NCBI GenBank assembly: GCA_963843315.1
Contig: CAWJJU010000002.1
Span: 166,872-230,871, forward strand
DNA: 64,000 nt
From: an uncultured Actinomycetes bacterium
GTDB lineage: Bacteria > Actinomycetota > Thermoleophilia > Solirubrobacterales > 70-9
Direction: 5' to 3'
Part shown: positions 19,414-28,538 of the stretch, in pieces
How the letters are laid out: each line of letters starts with the position of its first letter
Numbering within the stretch: the first letter of the stretch is position 1
Notes under the pieces: model-generated
What the model was told of the DNA's origin: nothing
Seen by the model: only the letters and a program-made list of their open reading frames with translations
Databases searched by the model: none
Made by a program: the position numbers and the translations under genes

Positions 19414-19854
19414 ATGGCCACCACACAGGAGAACATCGCCGTCTCACGGCGGCTCCTCGAAGACGTGTTCAACGAGGGCAAAGTCGACCTGATCGACGAG
19501 CTCTGCACCGACGGATACGTCGGACACGACCCGGTGGTCGGCGACGACGACCGCGAGGCCTCGAAGCGGACGATCACGGGCTACCGCGCAGCATTCCCGG
19601 ACATCCATTTCACCGTCATCGACGCGTTTGGCGTCGACGACAAGGTCGTCATTCGCTGGAGCGGCGTCGGCACGTTCGAGAACGAGCTCATGGGCCAGAC
19701 GCCCACGGGCGAGAAGGGGGATCCGGTCGAGGGCATCAACATCGACCGTCTCGAGGACGGCAAGGTCGCCGAGTCGTGGACGCAGTGGGACACCCTGCGA
19801 TTCATGAAGAACATCGGCGCGATGCCCGAGCCGGCCGCAGCGACCAGCTCGTAA
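19414..19854 (+). CDS. SnoaL-like / ester cyclase (NTF2 fold) protein
   Basis: The 146-aa product, ..NIAVSRRLLEDVFNEGKVDLIDELCTDGYVGHDP..YRAAFPDIHFTVID.., shows the typical ester-cyclase pattern. Confidence 0.7.
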   Translation: MATTQENIAVSRRLLEDVFNEGKVDLIDELCTDGYVGHDPVVGDDDREASKRTITGYRAAFPDIHFTVIDAFGVDDKVVIRWSGVGTFENELMGQTPTGEKGDPVEGINIDRLEDGKVAESWTQWDTLRFMKNIGAMPEPAAATSS

Positions 19855-19912
19855 TCACGTAGCGACGAGGCGCGGACGGGCGGCCCCCCAGCGGCCGCAC
19901 GCTCCGTTGGTC

Positions 19913-21535
19913 CTAGTGCCGGAAGTGGCGGCGGCCGGTCATCACCATGACCCCGCCCGCCTCGTCGACGGCCGCGACCACCTCGTCGTCGCGCTTGGAG
20001 CCGCCGGGCTGGATGAAGGCCTTCGCCCCCGCGTCCATCGCCACGCGCGGGCCGTCGGCGAAGGGGTAGAACGCGTCGGAGGCGACGGCCGCGCCGTCGA
20101 GCATGGTTCTCGCCTCCTCCCCACGGGCCTCGTGGCACTTGTCGATGGCGATCTTCACCGAGTCGACCCGGCTCATCTGCCCAGCGCCGATGCCGAGCGT
20201 CGCGCCGTCGCGGGCGAGGACGATCGCGTTCGAGCGAACGTGGCGGCAGACCTTCCAGGCGAAGAGCATGTCCTCCCACTGCTGCTCGGTCGGCTGGCCC
20301 TTGCTGCCCACGGTCATGGTCTCGCGCGTCTCCTCGATCCGGTCGGGGTCCTGCGCCAGCAGGCCGCCGCGCACGCGCTTGACGTCGCGCTCGCGCGGCT
20401 CGTAGCCGCTGGGCTCGGTCTCCTCGAGGATCCGGATCGCCTCCTTGCGCTGAAGCACCGCGAGCGCGTCGGGGGCGTAGCCGGGCGCCAGCAGCACCTC
20501 GACGAAGTTCTCCGAGAGCCGCTCGCCGAGGGCGGCGTCGACCGGCCGGTTGAAGACGATCACGCCGCCGAAGGCCGACAGCGGATCGCAGGCGAGCGCC
20601 TTCTCGTAGGCCTCGGCCGCCGACTCGCCGATCGCCGCCCCGCACGGGTTGTTGTGCTTGACGATCACGCACGCAGGCTGGTCGAACTCGTCGAGCAGGC
20701 GCCTCGCCGAGTCGAGGTCGAGCACGTTGTTGAACGAGAGCTCCTTGCCGTGGTGCTTGGCGACGCGGGAGAGGACGTGCTCGCGGGCGCCGACCTCCAC
20801 GTAAAGCGCCGCCCCCTGGTGGGGGTTCTCGCCGTAGGAGAGCTCCATGAACTTCTCGTGGGCCATGGTCCAGTAGCTCGGGAAGTTCTCGTAGCGCATG
20901 CCGAACCAGCGGCTGATCGCCGCGTCGTAGCGCGCGGTCGCCGCGAACGCCTCGTTGGCGAGCCAGTGGCGGGTCTCCGCCGTGATCGACCCGGCGTTCT
21001 CCTCCAGCTCCGCGAGCACCGCGTCATAGCTCTCCGGCCTGACGACCACGGCCACGAAGCGATGGTTCTTGGCGGCGGCGCGGATCATCGTCGGCCCGCC
21101 GACGTCGATGTTCTCGACGGCCTCCTCCTCCGTGACGTCCTGACGAGCGACCGTCGCCTCGAAGGGATAGAGGTTCACGCACACGAGGTCGATGGGCTCG
21201 ATCCCCTCCGCGGCGAGCGTCTCGCTGTGCGCCGGGTCGTCGCGCACCGCGAGCAGCGCGGCGTGCAGGCGCGGGTGAAGCGTCTTCACGCGTCCGTCGA
21301 GGATCTCCGGCGAGCCCGTCATCTCCGCGACGTCGGTGACGTCGACGCCGCCGTCGCGAAGCGTCCCCGCAGTGCCTCCCGTGGAGACGATCTCGACCCC
21401 CAGCCCGGCCAGGCCGCGAGCGAACTCGACCACCCCGGTCTTGTCGGAGACCGAGATCAGCGCTCGGCGAATCCTGACCCCGCCGTCGGGGGACGCTGCC
21501 CCGCCGCCTTCCAGCTGCGTCGCGTGAGCGCTCAC
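19913..21535 (-). CDS. purH: Bifunctional AICAR transformylase / IMP cyclohydrolase
   Basis: Contains ..[32 protein letters not shown].. and ends ..[31 protein letters not shown]. The GTG start overlaps the purN stop. Confidence 0.95.
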   Translation of the reverse strand: MSAHATQLEGGGAASPDGGVRIRRALISVSDKTGVVEFARGLAGLGVEIVSTGGTAGTLRDGGVDVTDVAEMTGSPEILDGRVKTLHPRLHAALLAVRDDPAHSETLAAEGIEPIDLVCVNLYPFEATVARQDVTEEEAVENIDVGGPTMIRAAAKNHRFVAVVVRPESYDAVLAELEENAGSITAETRHWLANEAFAATARYDAAISRWFGMRYENFPSYWTMAHEKFMELSYGENPHQGAALYVEVGAREHVLSRVAKHHGKELSFNNVLDLDSARRLLDEFDQPACVIVKHNNPCGAAIGESAAEAYEKALACDPLSAFGGVIVFNRPVDAALGERLSENFVEVLLAPGYAPDALAVLQRKEAIRILEETEPSGYEPRERDVKRVRGGLLAQDPDRIEETRETMTVGSKGQPTEQQWEDMLFAWKVCRHVRSNAIVLARDGATLGIGAGQMSRVDSVKIAIDKCHEARGEEARTMLDGAAVASDAFYPFADGPRVAMDAGAKAFIQPGGSKRDDEVVAAVDEAGGVMVMTGRRHFRH

Positions 21536-22131
21536 GAGACGAGTCTATGCGCCGCGGTGGACTCGCCGCGGGCAATCGCGCGGACGGCCTCGGGCAGCAG
21601 CTCGTGCTCGACAGCGTGGATCTGCCGCTCCAGCTCCTCGCGGTCGCGACCCGCGGGCACCGGGACCTCTCGCTGCAACAGCGCGGGCCCGGTGTCGACT
21701 CCCTCGTCGACCCAATGCACCGTCACCCCGGTCACGGAAACCCCGGCCTCCAGCGCCTGCCCGACCGCGTCGAGCCCCGGGAAGTCGGGCAGGAGCGCCG
21801 GGTGGACGTTGATCACCCGGTCGCGAAACCTGGAGATGAAGGAGGCGGAGAGGATCTGCATGTAGCCGGCAAGCACGACCAGGTCGGCCGCCAGCGACTC
21901 CAGCCAGTCGGCGATGGCCGCGTCGCGCGCCTCGCGGTCAGGGAAGTCGGCGCGCGGAAAGGTCCGGGTGGGCACTCCGGCGCCGGCGGCCCGCTGCAGG
22001 GCGCGCGCGGCGGGCTTGTCGGAGCCCACGCCCACGACCTCGATGCCGTCGCGCCCGTGAACCGTGTCGAGGATCGCCTGGAGGTTGGTGCCTGACCCCG
22101 AGGCCAGGACCGCGACCCGAAACGAGCTCAC
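21532..22131 (-). CDS. purN: Phosphoribosylglycinamide formyltransferase
   Basis: Starts at the GTG at 22131: VSSFRVAVLASGSGTNLQAI..VVLAGYMQIL..INVHPALLP..GVTVHWVDEGVDTG. GTGA overlap with the recQ stop. Confidence 0.9.
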   Translation of the reverse strand: MSSFRVAVLASGSGTNLQAILDTVHGRDGIEVVGVGSDKPAARALQRAAGAGVPTRTFPRADFPDREARDAAIADWLESLAADLVVLAGYMQILSASFISRFRDRVINVHPALLPDFPGLDAVGQALEAGVSVTGVTVHWVDEGVDTGPALLQREVPVPAGRDREELERQIHAVEHELLPEAVRAIARGESTAAHRLVS

Positions 22132-23678
22132 GCCGCTTCCGCCGGCGCCAGCTTGGGGAACTTGCCTCCGGTGGAGCGCAGCCGTCCCGCCGCGATCAGG
22201 TCGTCGACCTCGGCGAGCACCTCGGCGTTGGAGTGGTGGTGGTAGTCGCCGTAGCCGGGGAGCTCGTCGTAGCCGTACCTGGCCACCACCTTCGAGCGCC
22301 CGCCGCGGAGGATCTCCACGCAGCGGGTGCGCCCGACGGCGGGCGAGGCGCTCTCCACGACCGTGAGGATGGCGTCGCGCACCGAGCCCGACTCGCTCGA
22401 GCCGGGCGCCGCGGCCCTCACCGGCGCGCCGCCGATCGCCAGCGGGCCGTCGCACACGTCGCAGCACCGCCCCTCCGCGCGCGGCGCGGTGCGGTCGCCG
22501 AAGTGGCGCAGGATCGACTCGCGGCGGCAGCGCTCGCCCTCCACGTAGCCCCACACCGATCGGTACTCGCCCCAGCGCGCACGCTTTGCGTCCTCGTCGT
22601 TGAGCTGGTTGATGAAGTAGACGTGCAGCCGCTTGTCGCGCTTGTCGTCGAGCAGCACGCAGCGGGCGGGCAGGCCGTCGCGGCCCGCCCTGCCGGCCTC
22701 CTGGTAGTAGGCCTCCAGCGACGAGGGGACCGCGACGTGCAGCACGGTGCGCACGTTTGCCTTGTCGACGCCCATGCCGAACGCGTTGGTCGCGACCACG
22801 ATGGGAGCCTCGCCGCTCATGAACAGGCGCTGCGCCTCGGCGCGAGGCTCGCGGTCCATGCCCGCGTGGTAGGCCGGCACCGGCACTCCCAGCTGCCGCC
22901 TCAACCACTGCGCGGTCTCGTCGGTCTTCTTGCGCGTGCCGGCGTAGACGATCGCGGGACGCGCCTCGGGGTCTCCCAGCAGCGCCAGTGCGGCCCGCCT
23001 GCGCGCCTCGTCGGAGCGCGCCGGGACGACGTCGTAGGACAGGTTCGGGCGCTCGAAGCCGGTGGCGATCCGCAGCGGATCGCGCAGGCCGAGCCGCCGG
23101 GCGACGTCGAGCGCGACCTGCGTGGTCGCGGTCGCAGTGGCCGCCAGCACCGAGCGTGCGCCCACTGCCCTCGCGACATCGCCCAGTCGCATGTAGTCGG
23201 GGCGGAAGTCGTGGCCCCACTGGCTGATGCAGTGCGCCTCGTCGACGACGAAGAGGCCGACATTCGCCTCCGCCAGCCGCTCGGTGAACCCCGGAACGCC
23301 GAAGCGCTCCGGCGCCACGTAGAGCATCCGGCACTCGCCGGCCAGCGCCCGCTCGAGAGAGGCCCGGTTGTCGGCGGGGTCGCGCTGGGCGTTGATCATC
23401 TCCGCCGCTCCTCCCAGGCTCTGAACCTGGTCGCTCATCAGCGCCACCAGAGGCGACACCACCACCGCCAGCCTCGAGTCCATGAGCGCCGGCAGCTGGT
23501 AGCAGAGCGACTTGCCGGCTCCCGTCGGCATCACGACGAGGACGTCGCGCCCGGCGATGGCCGCCTCGACGGCCTCGCGCTGACCCGGCCTGAAGGCCGG
23601 GTGGCCGAAGTGGGTCTTCAGCGCGGCGGCCGGGTCGGCGACTGTGGGGTCAGACCCCGAGGATGGAGGTTGCAACAT
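22128..23678 (-). CDS. recQ: RecQ-family ATP-dependent DNA helicase
   Basis: Starts at the ATG at 23678: MLQPPSSGSDPTVADPAAALKTHFGHPAFRPGQREA..VMPTGAGKSLCYQLPA..VVDEAHCISQWGHDFRPDY..YAGTRKK..ATNAFGMGVDK..YYQEAGRAGRDG, followed by zinc-binding and WH regions. Confidence 0.9.
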   Translation of the reverse strand: MLQPPSSGSDPTVADPAAALKTHFGHPAFRPGQREAVEAAIAGRDVLVVMPTGAGKSLCYQLPALMDSRLAVVVSPLVALMSDQVQSLGGAAEMINAQRDPADNRASLERALAGECRMLYVAPERFGVPGFTERLAEANVGLFVVDEAHCISQWGHDFRPDYMRLGDVARAVGARSVLAATATATTQVALDVARRLGLRDPLRIATGFERPNLSYDVVPARSDEARRRAALALLGDPEARPAIVYAGTRKKTDETAQWLRRQLGVPVPAYHAGMDREPRAEAQRLFMSGEAPIVVATNAFGMGVDKANVRTVLHVAVPSSLEAYYQEAGRAGRDGLPARCVLLDDKRDKRLHVYFINQLNDEDAKRARWGEYRSVWGYVEGERCRRESILRHFGDRTAPRAEGRCCDVCDGPLAIGGAPVRAAAPGSSESGSVRDAILTVVESASPAVGRTRCVEILRGGRSKVVARYGYDELPGYGDYHHHSNAEVLAEVDDLIAAGRLRSTGGKFPKLAPAEAA

Positions 23679-23707
23679 GATCGTTCGCGGTTGAGGGGTC
23701 AGACCCC
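23646..23707. repeat. Pair of exact GGGGTCAGACCCC palindromes (23646-23658 and 23695-23707)
   Basis: Two identical 13-mers with a 36-nt spacer bracket the recQ start codon. The first is read as GSDP in RecQ codons 8-11. Confidence 0.9.
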
Positions 23708-23734
23708 GGTGGCGATTGCTCGAACGCCATCTAT

Positions 23735-25175
23735 CTAAGAGACGGGGACGGTCGCAATCTCCTCCAGGGCGAACTTCCCGTTGCCGTCGCCGCCGTCGCC
23801 CAGCGGGTACTCGCCGGTGAAGCAGGCGTCGCAGTGGGCAGCGCGCGGAGTGCCGACGGCCTCGTAGACGCCCTCGAGCGAGAGGTAGGCGAGCGAGTCC
23901 GCGCCGAGCTCGGCGGCGATCTCGTCGACCGTGCGCTCGTGGGCGATCATCTCCTCGCTCGTCGACATGTCCACCCCGTAGTGGCAGGGGAAGCGGATCG
24001 GCGGCGCGGAGATCCGCAGGTGCACCTCGGACGCGCCGGCGTCGCGGAGCATCCCGATGATCTGCTTGGTGGTGTTGCCGCGCACGATCGAGTCGTCGAC
24101 GACGACGATTCGCTTGCCGGAGACGATCTCCGGCAGCGGGTTGAACTTCATCCGCAGGCCGTGCTTTCGGAGCTCCTGGCCGGGCTGGATGAAGGTGCGC
24201 TGCACGTAGCGGTTCTTGGTGAGCCCGTCGTCCTTGGGCAGGCCGCTCCCGCGGGCGAAGCCGCTGGCCGCCGGGTTGCCCGAGTCGGGCACGGAGATCA
24301 CGAGGTCGGCGTCCGCCGGCGCCTCGCGGGCGAGGATCTCGCCCATCTTCCCGCGCACGACCTGAAGGCGCCTGTCCTCCAGCTTGGTGTCGGGACGCGA
24401 GAAGTAGATGTGCTCGAAGACGCAGTGGGCCGTGCGGGTCGACGGGACGACCTGGCGCGACTCGAGCCCGTGATCGGTGAGCGAGACGGCCTCGCCCGGG
24501 CTCACCTCCCGCACGTACTCGGCGCCGATGATGTCGAAGGCGCAGCTCTCCGAGGCGACGCACCAATGCTCGCCCAGCTTGCCGAGTGCCAGCGGCCTGA
24601 CCCCGTAGGGATCGCGGAAGGCGACCACCGCGCGCTTGGTCATGACGACCGTGGAGAAGGCGCCCTCCAGCCGGGGGACCACCTCGGCCACCGCGTTCTC
24701 GATCGGGCGGCGCCTCGCAGATGGAAAGCGCGGCGGCGATGATCTCCGAGTCGGAGGTCCCGCGGAACTGCACGCCGCGCTCGCGAAGCTCGTTGTGCAT
24801 GGCGACCGCGTTGGTGAGGTTGCCGTTGTGCGCCAGCGCGACCTCGCGGCCGTCGTCGCGCCACACGGGCTGGCTGTTCTCCCACGAGCCGCCGCCGGTG
24901 GTGGAGTAGCGGACGTGCCCGATCGCCATGTCGCCCTCGAGGGCGCGGAGCTTCTGCTCGTCGAAGACCTGGGACACGAGCCCCTTCTCGCGAAGGGTCG
25001 TGATGTGCCCGCCCTCGCAGGTCGCGATGCCCGCCGACTCCTGACCGCGGTGCTGTAGCGCGTAGAGGGCGAAGTACGCCATCCGCGCGACGTCGTGGCC
25101 GGGCGCGTATATGCCGAAGACCCCGCATTCATCGCGCGGGCCGTCGCGATCCGGAAGATCGGGAGGGTCTGGCAA
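23735..25175 (-). CDS. purF: Amidophosphoribosyltransferase, with an apparent +1 frame break near 24700-24725
   Basis: The N-terminal part (TTG at 25175: ..DECGVFGIYAPGHD..YALQHRGQESAGI..HNGNLTN..TSDSEII) is in one frame. The C-terminal part (..PIENAVAEVVPRLEGAFSTVVMT..DPYGVRPL..SVPDSGNPAA..IVVVDDSIVRGNT..C-rich tail) is in ORF 23735..25132. The length is 1441 nt, which is 3n+1. Confidence 0.85.
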
Positions 25176-25293
25176 ACGCCGCTGAATCGGAGTCAGTTGC
25201 TGCGAGCCTCGGTCGCGGGGGAAGAGCCACCACGGGCTCCAAGTGCCCGTGCCCCGCAGGGTAGCAACGGGGGTGGATCGCCCCGGTCGCCGG

Positions 25294-26052
25294 CTACCGG
25301 TCGTAGTCGCGGATCGCGCGCAGCGAGAGGCCGGTGAGGACCAGGCCCATCGCGACGATCACGCCCACGCAGGCGGCCAGGTCGGCGGGCTTCCAGCCGT
25401 CGATGATCAGCGAGCGCAGGCCGACGATCACGTAGCTCACGGGATTGAGCCGCGCGAGCGTTTCCATCACCGGGCTCAGGCGGTCGAACGGGACGAAGTT
25501 CGGCGTGAGGAAGAGCAGGGGGAAGAACAGCAGGAAGCTCGTGTTGGTCGCCTGGATGTTGCGCGTGCGCAGGGCGATCAGCACCGCGAAGCCCGCGTAG
25601 GCCACGCCGAAGGCCGCCGCCAGCCCGACCAGGACGATCGCGCCCAGAACCCCGGCCTCAACGTGGGCGCCCAGCACGATCCCGAACACCAGCACCAGCA
25701 GCGACGCGCCCAGGCCGCGCACGAAGTCGGCGCAGAGCCGCCCGTAGATGATCGCCGTGCGGTGGATCGGGGCCACGAGGAGCTTGTCGAAGTAGCCGTT
25801 CTCGATCTCGGTGACAAGCGCGAGGCCCGAGGTCGCCGTCGCCACGGCGAACATCAGCGAGACCGGAAGCTGAAACGCCACGTAGCCCTGGCCGTTCAGG
25901 AACGGCGTGGTGGACGGGAAGGTCTTCGAGACCTGCCCGATGTTCACCGCCAGGAAGAACAGCGGGATGAACAGCGTCGGGATGGTGGCCTCGGGGTAGC
26001 GGATCGTCTCGCGGATCGCGCGCGCGCCGAGGAGGCGGATCTGGCCGATCAC
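25294..26052 (-). CDS. ABC-2 type transporter permease
   Basis: Starts at the GTG at 26052 (VIGQIRLLGARAIRETIRYPEATIP..), has six hydrophobic segments, and forms a GTGA overlap with the ATPase stop. Confidence 0.8.
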   Translation of the reverse strand: MIGQIRLLGARAIRETIRYPEATIPTLFIPLFFLAVNIGQVSKTFPSTTPFLNGQGYVAFQLPVSLMFAVATATSGLALVTEIENGYFDKLLVAPIHRTAIIYGRLCADFVRGLGASLLVLVFGIVLGAHVEAGVLGAIVLVGLAAAFGVAYAGFAVLIALRTRNIQATNTSFLLFFPLLFLTPNFVPFDRLSPVMETLARLNPVSYVIVGLRSLIIDGWKPADLAACVGVIVAMGLVLTGLSLRAIRDYDR

Positions 26053-27032
26053 CGGCCCTCCACCTGGCCGTCGTCGTGGTCCTCGCCGACCTCCAGCCGG
26101 CGGCCGGTGGCCTCCAGGAAGACGTCGTCGAGCGACGGGCGGGCGACGGAGATGGCCCCGACCTCGATGCCGGCGGCGTGGAGGCGACGCACGATCTCGG
26201 CGACCGAGCCTGCGCCGTCCTCGGTGAACAGGGCGATGGAGTCCTCGCCGTCGACGATCCGCTCCAGGCCCGGGAGCCCGTCGAGCGCCGACTTGGTGCG
26301 GTCGCGGTCGGCACCCTCGAGCCCCACGGAGACCACGTCGTTGCCGATCTCCGACTTCAGCTTCTCCGGCGTCCCCTCGGCGACGAGCCTGCCGTCGTCG
26401 ATGATCGCCAGGCGGCCGCACAGCGCGTCGGCCTCCTCGAGGTACTGGGTGGTGAGGAAGATCGTCCGGCCCTCGGCGTTGATGCGCTTGACCTCGTCCC
26501 AGATCGTCATGCGCGAGGACGGGTCCAGGCCGGTGGTCGGCTCGTCGAGGAACAGGATCTCTGGCTCGTGCACGAGCGAGGCCGCGAGGTCCAGGCGCCG
26601 CTTCATGCCGCCGGAGTAGCCCTTGATCCGGCGGTCGGCGGCCTCGGTGAGCTCGACCATCTCCAGCAGCTCGTTCGTGCGGGTCGTCGCGGCCTCCCCT
26701 CCGATTCCGTACAGGCCGCACTGAAGCTCCAAGAGCTCCCTGCCCGTCTGCACCGGGTCGAGGCCGATCTCCTGAAGGGCCACGCCGATCCGCCGCCGGA
26801 TCGCGCTCCCCTCGGATGCGACGTCGTGGCCGGCAACGGTCGCCGAGCCGCCGCTCGGGGGCAGCAGCGTGCAGAGCATCCGCACCGTCGTGGTCTTGCC
26901 GGCGCCGTTGGGCCCGAGAAAGCCGAAGATCTCGCCGCGCTCCACGGCCAGGTCGATGCCCCGCACGGCCTCGACCTCGTCGCCGAAGCGGCGCGCAAGG
27001 TCCTTCGTCTCGATTGCGATCGATTCGCTCAT
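26049..27032 (-). CDS. ABC transporter ATP-binding protein (DrrA-like exporter family)
   Basis: Walker A GPNGAGKTT, signature YSGGMKRRL, Walker B ILFLDEPTTGLD. Confidence 0.9.
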   Translation of the reverse strand: MSESIAIETKDLARRFGDEVEAVRGIDLAVERGEIFGFLGPNGAGKTTTVRMLCTLLPPSGGSATVAGHDVASEGSAIRRRIGVALQEIGLDPVQTGRELLELQCGLYGIGGEAATTRTNELLEMVELTEAADRRIKGYSGGMKRRLDLAASLVHEPEILFLDEPTTGLDPSSRMTIWDEVKRINAEGRTIFLTTQYLEEADALCGRLAIIDDGRLVAEGTPEKLKSEIGNDVVSVGLEGADRDRTKSALDGLPGLERIVDGEDSIALFTEDGAGSVAEIVRRLHAAGIEVGAISVARPSLDDVFLEATGRRLEVGEDHDDGQVEGR

Positions 27033-27089
27033 GTCTGCGTCGACCGGCGCGCCATCTTGACCTCATCGGCGGCGCCGGCCGGCCGCACG

Positions 27090-28538
27090 CTAGCGGTCGA
27101 GGTGGTCTCGAAGAAACCTGCGGATCTCGCGCGCGGGCGCCGACGAGCCGTCGTAGAGCGAGGCGACGTGACCGACCCCGTGAGCGACGTAGTGCCGGCC
27201 GTTCGGGAACTCGCGGGCGACCCACCTGCCCTCCAGCGGCGTCGTGGTGTCATCGAGCTCGCCCGACACCACGAGCACCGGTGCGGTCGTCGGCCGCGCG
27301 TCCTTGGGCACGGGTGGCTCGTAGTTGGCGTCCGGGCGTGGCCAGGTGATGCACTCGAGATAGGAGAGGTACGGCGAGTAGGCGATCTCGCGCGGGGTGA
27401 ACGGCTCGAACGCGTGCTTCGGGTAGTCGCGGATCTCACGCTCGAACTGGGCGCGTCGCTCGTCGGGAGAGGCGTCCTTGCTCCAGATCATCGGGTAGTC
27501 GTTGCAGCCCACGACCAGCTCGTCGGTGTGGGAGTAGTGGTTGGGGTGCTTGACGCCGGCGCTGCCGCTGTAGGTGAGGTTGCGCCAGGGCTTCGAGTTG
27601 CGGGCCAGGAGCGCGCGGCCCGCGCGATCGATCGCCAGGTACGACGCCGGCGGGCCGTAGGCGGCCTGCGCGATGGCGTCGATCAGCGGCTCCACCCCGC
27701 GCCCGGTTGCGCGCAGGTGCTGTGCGAGGCGGGCCAGGCGCGCGGCCGGATGAGGTGGGCAGGAGGGGTCGCGATTGCACGCCTTCGCGTAGGCGCGGAT
27801 GCCGGTGCGGGGCAGGCTGGGGTACCAGCCGCTCTCGCCGCGTGCCGGGTAGGCGGAGTCCAGCACCAGGGCCCGCAGCGAATCGGGGTGGCGGAAGGCG
27901 AACGACTGCCCGAGGAAGGTGCCGTACGAGTCGCCGTAGAGGGCGATCTTCCCGAAGCCGAGGGTGCGGCGGACCGCCTCGATGTCGTCGGCGGCCATCG
28001 CCGTCGTGAACTCGTCGACGCGCGCCCCGAGCCTCTTGGCGCACTCGCCGAGGGTGATCCACTCCGGGCCCAGCCCCGACTGCACGTCGGGGCAGTTGAG
28101 CCCCGGCGAGCGGCCGGTGCCGCGCATGTCCACCAGGACGAGGTCGTGCGTGCGCTGCAGGCCGCGGAACAGGTTGTTGTAGGCGGGCTCGGTGCGGGTG
28201 CTGCCGTAGCCCGGGCCGCCCTCGACCGCGAAGATCGGGGTCGCGTCCGGCTTGGCATGCGGCGCCGGCCGCACGGCGAACGCCACCTTCGTCGTGCCCA
28301 CCGAGGGGTCGGAGCGCACCCGCGGAACGCTGATCTCGCCACAGCGGAACTCGCGCAGGATCTTGCGAAAGCCGCAGCCATGCAGCTCGGCGACGTCGAG
28401 GTGAGCAGGCTGGATCGGGCCGATGCTCGACCCCTCCGCCGGTGTGCCCGGGCCTGAGCTGGTCGTGCTCGATCCCGTGCCGCCGCAGCCCGCAGCGGCG
28501 ACCAGCGCCAGGGCGACGGCTGCGCGAAGGGGCCTCAT
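27090..28538 (-). CDS. Secreted/lipoprotein alpha/beta hydrolase (tripeptidyl-aminopeptidase-like)
   Basis: Lipobox-like LVAAAGC, nucleophile elbow GDSYG, ..VVSGELDDTTP..GHV. The ATG overlaps the purL stop (ATGA). Confidence 0.7.
   Translation of the reverse strand: MRPLRAAVALALVAAAGCGGTGSSTTSSGPGTPAEGSSIGPIQPAHLDVAELHGCGFRKILREFRCGEISVPRVRSDPSVGTTKVAFAVRPAPHAKPDATPIFAVEGGPGYGSTRTEPAYNNLFRGLQRTHDLVLVDMRGTGRSPGLNCPDVQSGLGPEWITLGECAKRLGARVDEFTTAMAADDIEAVRRTLGFGKIALYGDSYGTFLGQSFAFRHPDSLRALVLDSAYPARGESGWYPSLPRTGIRAYAKACNRDPSCPPHPAARLARLAQHLRATGRGVEPLIDAIAQAAYGPPASYLAIDRAGRALLARNSKPWRNLTYSGSAGVKHPNHYSHTDELVVGCNDYPMIWSKDASPDERRAQFEREIRDYPKHAFEPFTPREIAYSPYLSYLECITWPRPDANYEPPVPKDARPTTAPVLVVSGELDDTTTPLEGRWVAREFPNGRHYVAHGVGHVASLYDGSSAPAREIRRFLRDHLDR

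Noticed and set aside
16118-19900. An integrated mobile element or prophage at tRNA-Lys
   Set aside because: No integrase, recombinase or phage genes are present, and I could not see a direct repeat of the tRNA 3' end in the window.
19855-19912. GC-rich partial hairpin between the convergent SnoaL-like gene and purH as a bidirectional terminator
   Set aside because: The stem is short and imperfect (GGCC-based self-complementarity only), so it is not convincing enough to list as a feature.
23646-23707. Paired identical 13-mers with a ~36-nt spacer as a mini CRISPR array
   Set aside because: There are only two units per locus. The repeats are 13 bp and self-palindromic, they lie inside coding regions, and no cas genes or leader are present.
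22128-25175. 1015-aa ORF that looks like a PurF-RecQ fusion protein
   Set aside because: The PurF N-terminal frame happens to stay open across the frame-shifted purF remainder and the intergenic region into recQ. RecQ has its own ATG at 23678, and the PurF C-terminus is in another frame and ends at 23735.
25176-25293. A purine or ZTP riboswitch in the purF leader (the purC leader at 37003-37105 was also checked)
   Set aside because: I could not find the conserved cores in either region. The purine aptamer lacks its UAUAAU..GGAUAUGG..CCGUAAAU-type junction, and the ZTP aptamer lacks GGGTCGTGAC..CCGCCTGGGC.
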